Positions 1-12,591 are shown, numbered from the stretch's first letter. The stretch: 64,000 nt of DNA from Lama guanicoe (GCA_013239625.1 MU055178.1:9237312-9301311); one strand, 5' to 3'. Notes: generated from the sequence alone by a model not told the origin. Program-made: numbers and translations.

Positions 1-1814
1 CTACTCTATCATGTTATGGGTTAAGCCATATGCCTTTAAAGATGAGTTTAACACCCCATCTAAAAAGTATTTATATCCCTGATATCTCAGAAGTTGATTT
101 TAGCTGAGTTACTAATCCTTTTTAATAGGATTACAACTGTAAGTTTACCATCTTGTTAAGACTTGAAATACCCCCAGAAGGCCCATAGTTCCAAGTTCCT
201 TGATAGTAGTTCAGATTAGTTGTTGAGAATTGTGTAAGTGACTAGCCAGTGTTGAACCAGGGCTTCCAGCTGTTGGGCTGCAGCTTAGTGGCAGACTTCC
301 AGGGTATACAGAGACAGTGATCCCTGGGGTCACTGGAGCTGCCATCTGGCTGTTAGCAGCCTTGTCATTTTACTTTGGGTGTGCCCTACAAATACTTTCT
401 ATATGTGCCATGATGGGAAAAATCTTGGGCAACATGATTTAGTAAATATAAGCTTCAGTGCCTTTCAAGACAAGAACTCTCTTAAAGGCCCCATGATAGA
501 AATTTGCTGTAAGATTTCCTGGTAGTGCTTTAAGTATTGGCTCTGTGATGTAAGTTTTATTAAAAGGATTGTGGTCTATGTTAGAATTTTGAAACTTGAT
601 TCCTTGGTCTTGTAAAGGAGTATCTTTGCAAGGGAAGGACTACCCTCCACCTCCCTATCCCCCCGCCCCAAACTCCTTTTTTAAACCACAATAAAGAGCT
701 GTTTGGAATTTCTTTTTTATGATTTTGTGGGGATTCATTAATCCTGGGAATACTCAAAATAAAATTCTATAGGGCTGCTTGTTTATGATGAAAATAATCA
801 CTGGATAAATAAATGATTTACACTTTTCTTTTGCCTTTTCAGGGTATAATATATTCCTTAGGATTTAAAGGTCAGAGAACTTTGTTCTGCCTTCTCACTT
901 GTCCCCCACTTACCCCCACCCTCTGAAATGGATTCATAGCAGACCAAAAGGGTTGAGTTGTTTTGTTTGTGTATTTGTTTTCCAAATAAAATTTCAGGCC
1001 ATAGAGAAATTCAACTGACAGGCCAAGATGACTGGTAAGATTGTAGCAGGCATGATTGATAAAAGGTGGAGTGAGGATTGGGTGGAATACTTATTTAATA
1101 TCGTATCTGAAATGAGGATGGCATAGAGATAGGAAACGATCTATCATTTCATGAGGAGATGAACTTTTCTGTGTTAATGGGACAGAGAAAAGCTTAGATG
1201 GATGAATTTTTAGCTGTTGTCTTTTCTTATAAAACACAGCTGAAGTGTTAGTGCCAAATTACCAGCTTTGCTCCATCATGTTTCTGATGAATTGTGATGT
1301 TGACAATTAACAGCAAGAGAGAGATGTATTTCTTCTTTAGGAGCTAGTTAGTTAACTTTAGCTCATTCTGGAGTATAATCAACTTGGAGTTATTTGGCAT
1401 TAGAAATGGCTTTCCTTGAATTATTGAAAAAAATTACTTCTGTGAAGTACTTGCTTGATTGTGTGAAGCATCAATATATTTTAAGGTCATTTTTATTATA
1501 CTGAAGCTTAGGATGCCTTCATTTAAAGGTAAGAAAATGGAGACATGGGTTATAGTGGCTCAACCAAATTTTCAATTAATGAAATGGAAAAAGAATGCAA
1601 ATTCTGACACTTCTGAGTTTTAGAGGTTCTAGATTCTTGTGCTTAGTGTTAAGACCTGACAGTGTATGAGGCTGACAGAGTGAGTGCTTTGCCATCATCC
1701 AATAAAGTATGAATGAAAATTGAAAGAGTAACTTCTGTCTGTGTCCGGTGTAGCAGCTAGCAGAGTTCTTGATAATGAGTGAATGAATACTGAGTTATAA
1801 TCAAATAATTATTT

Positions 1815-1980
1815 ATGAAACAAACAAAAACAAAATAAATGAACAAACCAAACAAAAATAAACATATAGATACAGAGAACAGAGTAGTAGTTAGCAGAAG
1901 GGAAGGGGCGGGAGGGAGGGCAAATGGGTAAGGGAGATCAACTGTATGGATGGAAAATAAACTTTTGGTGGTGAGAACAA
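1815..1980 (+). mobile_element. LINE-1 3' UTR fragment
   Basis: atagatacagagaacagagtagtagtt...gggagatcaactgtatggatggaaaataaacttttggtggtgag. Confidence 0.65.
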
Positions 1981-3854
1981 AAACAAAACATTTATGGCAT
2001 TTTAAGAAAGTGTTCAGAGGTATATTGATTGATTTAAAATATATTAAAATATATGTTGGCATAATATATGTATTCATCAGTTGGGAATGGGGGGCATGTG
2101 GAGGAGAGGGGAACTGTATTCAGTTTTCTTTTATGGGCAGCTAATGTGGGCAGTTGGTGGTTTTATTTTTAAATGAAACTGAGCCCTTAGCATTTTGAGC
2201 TCACATGTCAAATGCCTTGGTTACAAGATTAGGAATTTTGCATAAGTAACTTATATCTATCTTGTACATTGGAGAATATGATTATATACTTGTTTTTTTT
2301 TGCCCAAGGCACTATTTTTGCATTTATATTGCTTTCTGCAGGTGAACTTTTGTTAACGGGCCCACTATAAATATATTAAGTTTTAAAAATATCAATACTT
2401 TTTATTTTTCCACAACCTTCCAAAGCTTCCATCTTGGTATCAGTGTATAGTTCTGGTGCCATCTAGCAGCAAAAAAACAGCATTTGGGTTTTGATGAACC
2501 ATGACATTTGGCCCACACTTGGGTCTACTGACCACCTAGGTCAGGAAACCTAGAACAATCCTGAAACTGACTGAGTCTGAAGCAAGCCATAACATTAACT
2601 AAAATTGAGTTTGTCACTGAGTACGGAAGGAATAGGAAGTGGGCGGGGTGGTCACTTGTTTGTGGGGCGGGGTCATTGTATAACTTCTATTTATTTCAAT
2701 CCCTATAAATCAATTTCAGCCAAGCTCTGATAAAGAATTTTGTTGCTACTTTATTTCTTATCATAATCACTGTTAAAAGAGGTGTATAAATACTTTTCTT
2801 GCCCATATGCTTTATTTACCTTTTTTTAAAGAAAAAAAGTAACTTTAAAAAAATCTCAGTTATATGATTCCTACCGGTTTCTTATGCTTTTTTTCTTTCC
2901 TTGAATTATTAAAATATGCTGTATAGGACTAACTTGTTTTTCTTTTTCATTTTCACACAGGAAGGAGAAAATTATTGTTCATGTAATCGATGTTACCACT
3001 TTTAACTAGTCTTTTGAGGATTAATGTTTTACTGTTTGCTAGATTCCTAATTTAAAATGCCTGTAGTCTTTTATAAGAGTTTCAACTTTCGCAATTTGGT
3101 AATAACAAACCTAGGTAAGTAAAAAATGAGGATCTCACACAGTTCTGAAGGTCTAAATTTGATTTAGAATTTAATACTGTATAACCAGTAAGCCTTTCGA
3201 TTTACTTAAAGCTAAAGACAGTAATGTAACTGTCCATACCTGTTAAGAGACGAGTGGATCTGTAAATCAGTATTTCTGATGTTTCTTGGCAGTTGGTTGG
3301 TGGAATTAGAAGTTGGGAACAAATCTAATGGCCTTTGTAAAATCCTCTTTGTCATTTCACAGAGCAGTGACTTAAAGGAGCAAGGGCTTTCCTGAAGTCT
3401 CCCTTCAACAAGATGCCTAGCACAACATTTAGTCAATGAGAGATCATGGTATAGAGGAGGAAATTTAACTGAATTATATTTTAATTGTCATAATCTTATT
3501 TAAGATATTGTGAGCAACCCCTAGACTAAAACTCTTTACTTAAGCTTTCAGCAACAGCCTTATCACTTTCTTTGACTTTTTTGTACAACTTATAAATATG
3601 ATTGTCTAAATGATACTCAGAGTTAGCAGGTAAAAATTCTACCATGATCTCTCTCTTTATCCTCACACAGGATGGTAGGGTATTACGGACATGGGTAGTA
3701 AAAGGCTTTGTAGCTTTTTTTTTTGACTCACTGACAGTAAGGAATGTATTTTTACATCACATATTTTATATTACATAGGTGTGTGTGCATGTGAAATAAA
3801 AGTTTCACAATAAAGTGATGCACTCTGATTTCTAATCTGCTGTGTGGTCCTTTT

Positions 3855-3892
3855 TTCAGAGTCCAGAGTGCTAACCATTACACCATGGAACC
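3855..3892 (-). pseudogene. Tailless retropseudogene of the tRNA-Gln(CTG) 5' half
   Basis: Minus strand GGTTCCATGGTGTAATGGTTAGCACTCTGGACTCTGAA equals nt 1-38 of vertebrate tRNA-Gln(CTG). It is flanked by an identical 18-bp direct repeat at 3841-3858 and 3899-3916. Confidence 0.92.
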
Positions 3893-5455
3893 CACCTATG
3901 TGTGGTCCTTTTTTCATTAAACATTTTTTAAAGATCAGGACCCAGCAAGTTGATATCAAGACCCACACACACATCTGTAGCTTTTTCCTTTTAAGTAATA
4001 CTTCTCAAAAAACTTGCCTTGTCTTCTCATGCACTGAACTATTTACACATTTTAAGATATATGAAAAAACATATATCTCTAAACATGTTATAGTTTTGTT
4101 ACTTGCCTTTATTATTTGAGTAAGATACTCTGTGCCCTGGTATTTATTACTTCCCTACACTTTTGGCCTAATAGGCTTGAAAAGTTCCAAGGTGTCATTG
4201 GGACAGCCAGTGAAGAAGGGTCAAGATTGAAAAAAATGTATCAGCAAACTGTATTTAAACTCTGTTTCCTGTATTTCACTGACCTGGGCACTAGCCATAG
4301 AGTAGCTGTGCCAGGCATCTCTGGTGTTTGGTCCTCTTTTACCAATCTCTATATAACAATTTGGGCTTGACTTTAAAATTCTAGCCGGCTTTCCAGTTAT
4401 GAAGTATTGGCTGAGTTAGACCTCATGGGAAGAGGTGTGTTTGTAGATGCAAATAAGGAATTAGTTGTATATTTGTATAAACTTTTCCTTTAGATCCACC
4501 TAAATTGAACCTCAGATAGTGAGTGCATTTTTTCCCTTCAATAATAATTTCTTTTATTAAGTTTTTATACTTTTTCTTTTGATACTTGCTTTTCCGAGTC
4601 TTAAGTTTATAGAGACGTACCTCTATATCTAACATCATTATAAAATTTGGTTTAGAAAAATAATAGTGGGGCAAGATCAGACCCTTTTTCTGTCTTACTT
4701 CAGGATTGAGGGAAGCAAAAGTAAGTTTTAAGCTGAATTCCTTTTTGTGGATTATTGGAAATGCTGTAGTAATTTGTAATTCAAATATATTGAGAACTTT
4801 TAGTGTAAGATAACTAAAGCTGAAGTCTGTTTTCTAAAAACATTTGTGTGAGTAGTTGGTCTTTTAATAGTCTTTGAATGTTCAAGCACAAAATGACCCA
4901 TTAGGTAAAAGGTGAATAAAATAATGCTTCAGTCTTAAAAGTTAACTTAAAAATTAAAACTCCCCAAAGTTTTACTCTTCTTGTATTTAGTGTTCACCAA
5001 CGGCCCCACATATCCTCTCCACAGAGATTGGCCTTTAGTCCAAGACAGCTGTATGGCACATCTGAAGAGCAAAGAGGTCAGGCCTGCAGCTTTTAAGCTT
5101 ATAAGACTCCTGTTTAGATAAAAGATGCTAGTGGGTTTTTGTTTTTATTTTTTAGCATCATAGGTCTTTGGGAATCTGGTAAAACTCTGGATTGTCTCCC
5201 AGACAAGTACACAGACATACAATCCCTCCTCTAAGATTCCCAATAGAATATAAGAATCTGTTCAGTGCACATCTGTTGAATTAACCCTCAGAGTCTCCTG
5301 GATTAGTGATGGAGTGTGAGAGTTGGTATAGAAACAGCAGAGAAAATCATCAGTTTTTTTAAACCTGATATTGTCATTACATGTTACCATAAATCTTGGG
5401 CCAGCGTTTTCTTTCATTGCTGTTGAAGTTTGCTCAGAATATGGCTAAGTGTTAC

Positions 5456-5549
5456 CTGCTAAAGGTGGTCCAGAAAGGACAGCCATCCCAGCAAAGAAAC
5501 TGGCAAGCCCCAAAAACCTGTGTACTGTAGAATTCCCAGACAGATCAAC
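5456..5549 (-). CDS. SLC16A4: SLC16A4 exon 8 (94 nt); the final coding exon was not found in the window
   Basis: VDLSGNSTVHRFLGLASFFAGMAVLSGPPLA; acceptor TACAG|GTT; donor G|GTAACA. Confidence 0.94.
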
Positions 5550-6618
5550 CTGTAGGGATTAGAATCCAGTGTTAGCCATATGCAGGGTGAAATTCTGTAG
5601 AGATCCGTTCCTACAAAGGGGCAAATACTGTGTCTGTCATCCTAAACTGTGAACAGTTGACTTCTAAGGTGGCTTGGATGGCCTTTTATGCTGATCTTAT
5701 GAAAAAGCTGAGGCAAATAGGGAACAGTAATTTCACTAAGCAGTGTTTTCATTTCATTTATAAAGAACATTGGTTTTTGTTTCCTTTTTTAAATCTTTCA
5801 GTTGGCTCATGGGTCCTTTTTTCCCCTGAACCTAACTGCTCTTCTCTAGTAGGACATGTTATTTACAGTCGGAACTGACAGTGATATTCCTGAATCCACC
5901 TATGGCTGAGTACCAACCATTGGTTTATAAGAAATCAGATTATCTCAAGAAGTTGATTTCAGCTTTAGAAAGTTTGATTTTTGCTTAAGCCTCATATACT
6001 ATCTTGTAGCACTTATGCTAATATTGATATCAGGCCAAAAGTTTCCCCGGGATTCAGTTCTAGTGCACTGGGGACCTAGTTCTAAGTATCCCTGGTCCTA
6101 GAACAACTCACAAGTATTTGTATAACTATTTTAGTTCCATTTGGGTCTAGGACTTTATGTCACTTTGGGCTAAAAATGGAGAGGAGTTAAAAGCTCAGTG
6201 TCCCTATTAAAGTATCTCTCAACGAGAGAGAAGCCAGTGGAGGTCAGGAAGCCCCTTTTTCTCTCGGGGAACTCTTCTAAGATTGTGTCTTAGAAAAAAA
6301 CCAAAGAAGTTTCTGAAGGAAAGAAGTGAACAGAAGCCTAACCTGGGAGAGACTGATAAGCAAAATGGAATCCTTCTGATCCTGATTTTGCTTTTACTTC
6401 TATCCTGTCCCATGTGGGCGGTCCTCTTGTCATCCCTTCCCCCAGAGTAAGATGAATAGCTGGATAGGATAGAGCTACAGGGTTTCTGAGGCCTTGGGTT
6501 TGATTTTTTCAATTATAAAATTAATAGAAAATATGTATTCTCTTTTGGGGAGATTATTATTAATCTAAATAATTTTTTACTAAATGGTGTTAGAACATTA
6601 ATGAATGTATCTACTCAC

Positions 6619-6830
6619 CAGTACAGGAAGTATCAGTGCCAGGTAACCTCCGGAGAAGATGGCAAAGAAGATGGTATAGGTCATAAGTAGTGGAAATGTG
6701 GTGGCTGAAGGAGCAAGCAGGTTAGTGATGCCACAGAGGATGAGGTAAGACTTGTGGTAATGATACTTCTTGATCCAGTTTTGATCAGCAACCCATCCAG
6801 AGATAATCTGACTGACTGTCTCAGTGATAC
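6619..6830 (-). CDS. SLC16A4: SLC16A4 exon 7 (212 nt)
   Basis: Manual translation GITETVSQIISGWVADQNWIKKYHYHKSYLILCGITNLLAPSATTFPLLMTYTIFFAIFSGGYLALILPVL; donor CTG|GTGAGT. This frame is not shown in the ORF track. Confidence 0.95.
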
Positions 6831-8184
6831 CTGGAACAATATTGAAAAGGCCTTATGAACTCCAAATTCCATTTTCCTAGCCCCTTTGGAAAATGTAAAT
6901 GCAGAAGGTATCTTTTCCTGAGTATTAGGACTTCATCCTGAGGTGAGGACATATGAGGAAAAAAATGGTTTTATTTGTCTGTCAGTAGATTCTATCATTT
7001 CCTGACCTATTCCAAACACATCTAATAAAATACTAAAAACGCTCCTTCAGAGTTGGGTAGAGGACCCATCAAGTTTTTTGTTTTTTTTTTCCTGATTGTG
7101 TTTGGAAAGCTCATACCACCAAACTGGGAATACCTGGTTACAAAGGACCCTGGGCTCAGGAGGCCTCCCTTGAAGAGGTCCTGCAGGTGAGGAAGTGAGA
7201 TTTCTTAAGTAGACCCACAGGTTAGTGTCCTGGGGAAGTCATATGGTGGAAGAGCAGAGTATAAGTAATAAAGTCTTATGTTGAAAAAAAAATAGATGTT
7301 GAGACTCTTTCTTATTAATTGCATATGAAATTTGTTATGCATAACTTGAAAATATGTAGGAAGTCTGGAAATGGGAGATCATCTTTTGAACACTGGAGCT
7401 ATGGTGTAACTGGAATAAAATTTAAGAATAACATTTTTCACTCAGTTTCATGATAACAGAGCATTCCTATCCTTTATTCTATTGTAAGTTAATTTAGCAA
7501 TTAAATACTAAAGAGATTTTAACCAAGAGGATCATGAGCTACAGTTTTATATTTCTAATTCTTTCTATGGTTCAAACAAATTGCTCCATAAAAAGGAACA
7601 AAAAAAATGGATGTTACCATTTCCATATCTGTTTGTATAGTTGTTTCCTAGGATACATATTGAGACTTTATGTTATATTCTTTGGTCCTGTTGTATAGCT
7701 CTAATCTGATCTAAATTCATACTCCAGACATTTTAGTGAAAAAAAAATCAGTTTAGCTATGTATCCTTTGTATCTTTTTCTTGTGTACACAGGCTTTATT
7801 TGACTGAAGCAGTGTCATTGCAGTTGGAAACAGGGTGCAGTCACTTTTGCAAGGGCTTGGTAAATAGTCTTTTCAAGAAATTAGCAAGAGAAGAGTTAAT
7901 GTTGAACTACTGAAAACTTCCAGTTAGAGCAAACCAGTTCCATTTCATTCTTTTTCATTTTTTCAGACTCCCTGTTTTGTCAGTTTAGAGAATCCACATC
8001 TTCTGGATCAAGCTGTGTTTCCATATGTTTTTATAAGTGCTCAATTAAAATGATGATTTTTATTTTTCATTCTAGTTTATTTTAAATTTCAGCCAATTCA
8101 TTAGTAACTAGTCTTAGTAGGCATATTTATCTGTCTTACTGTTTATGAATTTGGGGGAAAAATGCATAGCTATGAATATTACCA

Positions 8185-8420
8185 GAACGTTACTGAATGC
8201 TTATGATGTCCATGCACTGTTCTAAACTCTACATGCATTCCTTGCTTAACCCTAATAACCTTGTGAGAGTAGCTTCTATTATCCCTGTGTTACAGATGAG
8301 GAAATTGAGACACGAAAGGCAAGTAACTTGCCCAAGGTCATAAGGTGAGGAAATAACAGAGCAGAAACTTGAACTGGAAAGTCTAGCTCCAGAGCCAGTC
8401 TTTTCAAGCACTACACTGTG
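8185..8420 (-). mobile_element. MIR SINE
   Basis: MIR core acagatgaggaaattgagacac...aagtaacttgcccaaggtca. Similar MIRs lie near 13000-13200, 31345-31530, 41320-41500 and 55800-55980. Confidence 0.8.
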
Positions 8421-8431
8421 CTGTCTACCTA

Positions 8432-8467
8432 GGGTTTAGTTTGGTTTGGTTTGGTTTGGTTTAGTTT
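8432..8467 (+). repeat. (GGTTT)n microsatellite
   Basis: ggtttagtttggtttggtttggtttggtttagttt. Confidence 0.85.
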
Positions 8468-8785
8468 ATAGAATGACTGTTACCACTGAGCACCAGCTTT
8501 CCAAAGTTCAGTATCCAGCAAATAGTTAGTGTCTACTGTGTCAGACAGACCCTGACATAGGAAAATTAATAAGACTTGGTTTCGGGTCCAGTGTCTGCTA
8601 AGGATGAGCCTGTGTGTAAGGTGTGTGACAGTTCTGTGAGGGAAAGGCCTGCTACTCCCACCAGCCCTCCCACAACTGCTTTTTTAAAAAATTGTTATTC
8701 TTCAGCTTTCTAATAACATGTATTGTTTTTATAAAATTAAGTTCATTTTTCCTTTTGAGGGTGAGGTTGAAGAAGACTTTCTTAC

Positions 8786-9304
8786 CAGCTATAGAAACAA
8801 GGTAGGAGGCATCCATGATGTCAATCCCCAGTGTTTTGGCTCTGGCTACCAGGTGAAAGGTAGGGATGAAATATGCCAACTGACTGAGGAGGAAAGACCA
8901 CGTGAATATGTAGAAGAAAGGATTCTTAAAAAGAGAAACATCAAAGAGTTTTTGTTTACAGCTCCACGAAATAGCCTTTTTCCGATAACTTTCTTCATTA
9001 GTTTTTAGGAACATCCTGTTCCTGTTGGGCCCATTGTTGAAGTCTTCATTTTGATTATGTGAGACTGTTAAACTTATACCATGTTGTCCAGCCTTTTGCT
9101 TAGTACTGTCTCTGAGGGCTGACTCTTGTATCTCATTGCAGCATGATGTTTCTGTCCCACGTGCTGTCTCTGGACCACTTGCAGACAGGCTGCTGCCTTT
9201 ATCATTAAGAGTGGAATTGCTCTCTCTTTTGATGTGGATGGGTCTTAAGAGCATACTAGAAGGCACCAGATGCAAAGTGATAGCTCCCAATAATATAAGC
9301 GCAC
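8786..9304 (-). CDS. SLC16A4: SLC16A4 exon 6 (519 nt; TM6, large cytoplasmic loop, TM7-8)
   Basis: Core of ORF 8652..9350: GALILLGAITLHLVPSSMLLRP...LFDVSLFKNPFFYIFTWSFLLSQLAYFIP...ASYLVSIA. Acceptor TTCAG|GTGC; donor G|GTAAGA. Confidence 0.96.
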
Positions 9305-10566
9305 CTGAATAGAGAGAAATTGAGAAGTTAAACTCAAAATTACCTCTCATTTCACAATACTCTGTATTCTTAGGCTCAGAAGAGGCCCCACCACTAAATA
9401 TTAAGTCATATTGCAGTAATTCCTGAAAACACTCCTTTGTCCTTGAATTAGCTGAAAGTTTTAAAATCCATTGACTTAACTGTTAGCCATACACACTTCT
9501 GTATCTTTGTGAAAAAAGGAGTCCTTTGGAGATAGGAAACTTGGAAAGCTGCACCAATATGTGGCATGGAAGGAGAGTTATTGCTAAAGGGGGAAAAATG
9601 GGTGGGGGAGGGGAGTCATAGTTCAAATGTTAGAAAACTACAGTGTGTTTTAAATATCCTGAAGTAGAGAAAATACAGAACTGGTGATGGGAATTATTTG
9701 GAAATCTTTGGAGAGAGCCTTTCATCTCATGACATTTTAAATTTCCTTGAAAGAAGACAGATGCCATGGTGCCTTTGAAGCTGAGTAGTTGCTTGACTTC
9801 AGCATGTCGTGACCAAAGCTGTGACGTGGGTGTGTTGCTTCTAGAGACAGAACTGGTTGTAGGTTCTGCTGTCCTGTCTTACAGATTTGTCAGCCAGTCC
9901 TGTTCACCATGAGACAAGTGGTAGTTTTTTATGAGGAAAGGAAAGGAAAGGTTCAACAAAACTGCTCTGTGGATAGGAGTAGCTTATATATGTTCATATG
10001 TGTGTACATATGAATAGATTTTTTCTAATAATTTGAGATTATTTTAATCCAAATGTTTTATCTCAGATATGAAGAAAGTTGGAGGGTAAATGATTTTTTA
10101 TTCATTTGTGAAAATTTATAGTTGACAGTATATAAAAGATTAAGTATTAAGGAACACAGTTGTTTTGTTACACAGTTTTTTCCCATCTATTGTAGTGAAT
10201 CTGATGGCAGAGACTTTTTTTTAAATGCAGGTTTTTTTTCTTAAAGGGAAAATTTGAAAAAAATGCTTTGGTGAGGGAGAAGAATGCCTTGAGGAGAGGG
10301 TCCTTGTTTCCCCACAAGTCCTGCTTTCCCTGTGAGGGGTTTCCCCAGCCACACATGTTGCCCTCCATCCCCGCAGACTGAACCCCTGAGTTGCCTGTGT
10401 GGGCTAGCAAAGCCTGCAGGTAATTCAGGATCTCTTTTGCCACATATTCTTCAAGAAAGAGGAGCATGTTTACTTTAGAAATCATGCCCACTTCTCTAGT
10501 CGTCAAAGGGAGAACTGAACATTAAATCTTGCAGAATTGGTAGTTCAGAAACTTAGAATGACTCAC

Positions 10567-10728
10567 CTCTCCAGTCATAGAGATCTATCAGCACTTTTGT
10601 AAAGGGTGCTAACAGAAAGGTCAGTCCCATCCCTGAACGGGCAATGGCTGTAGAAAGAGCTAATCTTTTTTTGAAGTATTTGGTAGTTACCACAGCAGCT
10701 GCTTGGTACAAGAAAGCGGAACCCAAAC
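10567..10728 (-). CDS. SLC16A4: SLC16A4 exon 5 (162 nt)
   Basis: GLGSAFLYQAAAVVTTKYFKKRLALSTAIARSGMGLTFLLAPFTKVLIDLYDWR, containing the MCT YFxK(R/K)xLA motif; canonical splice sites. Confidence 0.97.
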
Positions 10729-10886
10729 CTAAAAGACAAACATAATAGCTTGGAATCACTTTCAAATCAAGAGGCTTGGTACTCCTGGACCTGAGATGAT
10801 ATAAGTAGGCCTTTTGGACTCATGGACAGTAAAAGGGAAGGTTCCTAGTTCCATCTTTTAAAATCTTATTATTACCACGGACTCAC

Positions 10887-11030
10887 CAGGTAAAAATCCC
10901 ATAGTCACGCAAAGAAAGGGAATGCTTGTAGCCCAACTGCTGATCAGGTATCCACCAGTAACAAGGAAAGCCCCAAGAATGGACGCAGATTTTTCTCCAG
11001 TTACGTCACAAACAATGGCAACTAGGGGAC
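10887..11030 (-). CDS. SLC16A4: SLC16A4 exon 4 (144 nt)
   Basis: GPLVAIVCDVTGEKSASILGAFLVTGGYLISSWATSIPFLCVTMGFLP; donor G|GTGAGT. Confidence 0.96.
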
Positions 11031-11771
11031 CTTGGGAAAGAAACAAACACTAGTTAAATGTGCTCTGGCATTCCTTATGGTGTGCAATTTAAATGGTCAA
11101 CTCTAGGGAAATAACAGGACTCTACTTTTGGTATCCTTCAAAAAGTGTCTGTACTGTGTTTATTAGTATTCCCAGTCCCACACTGTTTTGCTTTTTGGAA
11201 GAAGAGTTTTGTTGTTTGTTTTAAAGAGGATTGTAAATAAGGTTTGGAAGGGAAGCTTACTGGAAATTCGTTATAAAACCTCTGCAAAAGAGTTGCATCT
11301 AGTGACCTGTGGCTAGAACAGAGTTCAATTATTAAATCTATTTCATCATGTTACAGCTCCAACTAGAACAAAAGGAAGAGGAATTGGTTTTGTATTTTGT
11401 TATGAGCATGCTCAAATGATCAGATCAGAATTTCATGGTCAGACTTCCCAGTTGAGAGACTGGCTCACTGAACCTCTATTAAGGCACTTTTGAAAGAAAT
11501 AAGGCATGATTGCATCATGGAATTAAATAGTTGGATTCTTCAACTTTCTTTGTTTGAACCCTAACTTTTCCAGTTGTACCATGTCAGGTGGAGGCTAAAC
11601 ACTGCAAGTCAGTCCTTTTCTCAGCTTTACTTACTATTTATTTACTTATATTAATAAATAAACCTGAGTTTTAGCTACGCTTCAGCCTTGAATGACTGAC
11701 AGATGAGTCTTCTTGGAATTGCCCTTTGTGGTCCTTCTCCTTGGACAAGAAGCTTATTGCCAGCTTTATAC

Positions 11772-11904
11772 CTGCACAAAAACGAAGTGACGACATGATG
11801 GATCCAATCCAACCAGTTTGCTCTGAGGTGCCTTCAAACTCTTCTTGAAAAACCACAAAGAAAATTGCAAAAGTCTTGGTCATCCCCATCACAAACACAT
11901 TTAC
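11772..11904 (-). CDS. SLC16A4: SLC16A4 exon 3 (133 nt)
   Basis: [44 protein letters not shown]; AG/GT boundaries; frame continuous with exon 2. Confidence 0.96.
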
Positions 11905-12572
11905 CTAAGTCAGAGCAGACCAAAGATTCCAAGTCAGGTGGTGAGTAAGCCATTACAGAGGAGGTTACAGCTGCTGGAGGCTGTGATTCCCCTGGCTCAT
12001 CAGTATTTACCAGGTCGTTGCTGGTTCCTCGTTAAAACATTTATGTTTATGAGGCCATTATCCTGTTAGTGTCTAAGCACTTTTTAAGCATCTCATTTAA
12101 TCCTCATTACCAGGCTACGGAATAGGTGTGTCAATATTGTATTAGAAGCTCAGTAAATTGAGATTTAGATTAAAATATGCTCAAGATGTGGGTGCCAGAG
12201 CTGAGATTCGAACCCAGATAGATGAACTGCTGCACTGTCCTGTTACAATAGTATCTGTTAAAGACAGCTAATTCCAGTTACCTTTGTGAGCGATGTGCGT
12301 TGTTCCAAAAGAACTGTTCCTGTCAGTTCTTCGGTTAACTTTGTGTTAACTTTGCTTTTGAGCTGAGTACCCTCCTTCACCTGGTATATAAATAGGGCAA
12401 CTGTATAATTTATCATTCAGTTGAAACTCTTTGAGAGTGAAAAGTAGCGCTATTAATTTATGCCAGGACAGCGAAGGTAATGAGGATATATAGTCACATT
12501 ATGGTTGGGTCATGTGCCACATCCTTTTCTTTTCATCCCACTTAATCCTTCTTGCCCGCACCACCCTCCTTC

Positions 12573-12591
12573 CCTCCACTAGGGGGAGTGC
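12573..12591 (+). promoter_or_regulatory. Candidate CTCF site in SLC16A4 intron 2
   Basis: CCTCCACTAGGGGGAGTGC. Confidence 0.55.

Noticed and set aside
400-1320. Box C/D snoRNAs suggested by TGATGA motifs (785, 1285)
   Set aside because: No suitably placed CTGA box D with a terminal stem was found.
3855-3892. Functional tRNA-Gln gene
   Set aside because: Only the 5' half is present. There is no T-arm/B-box or 3' acceptor strand.
1-5455. SLC16A4 terminal exon or RBM15 coding exons
   Set aside because: No matching coding sequence was found. They presumably lie left of the window, so this is not evidence of gene truncation.
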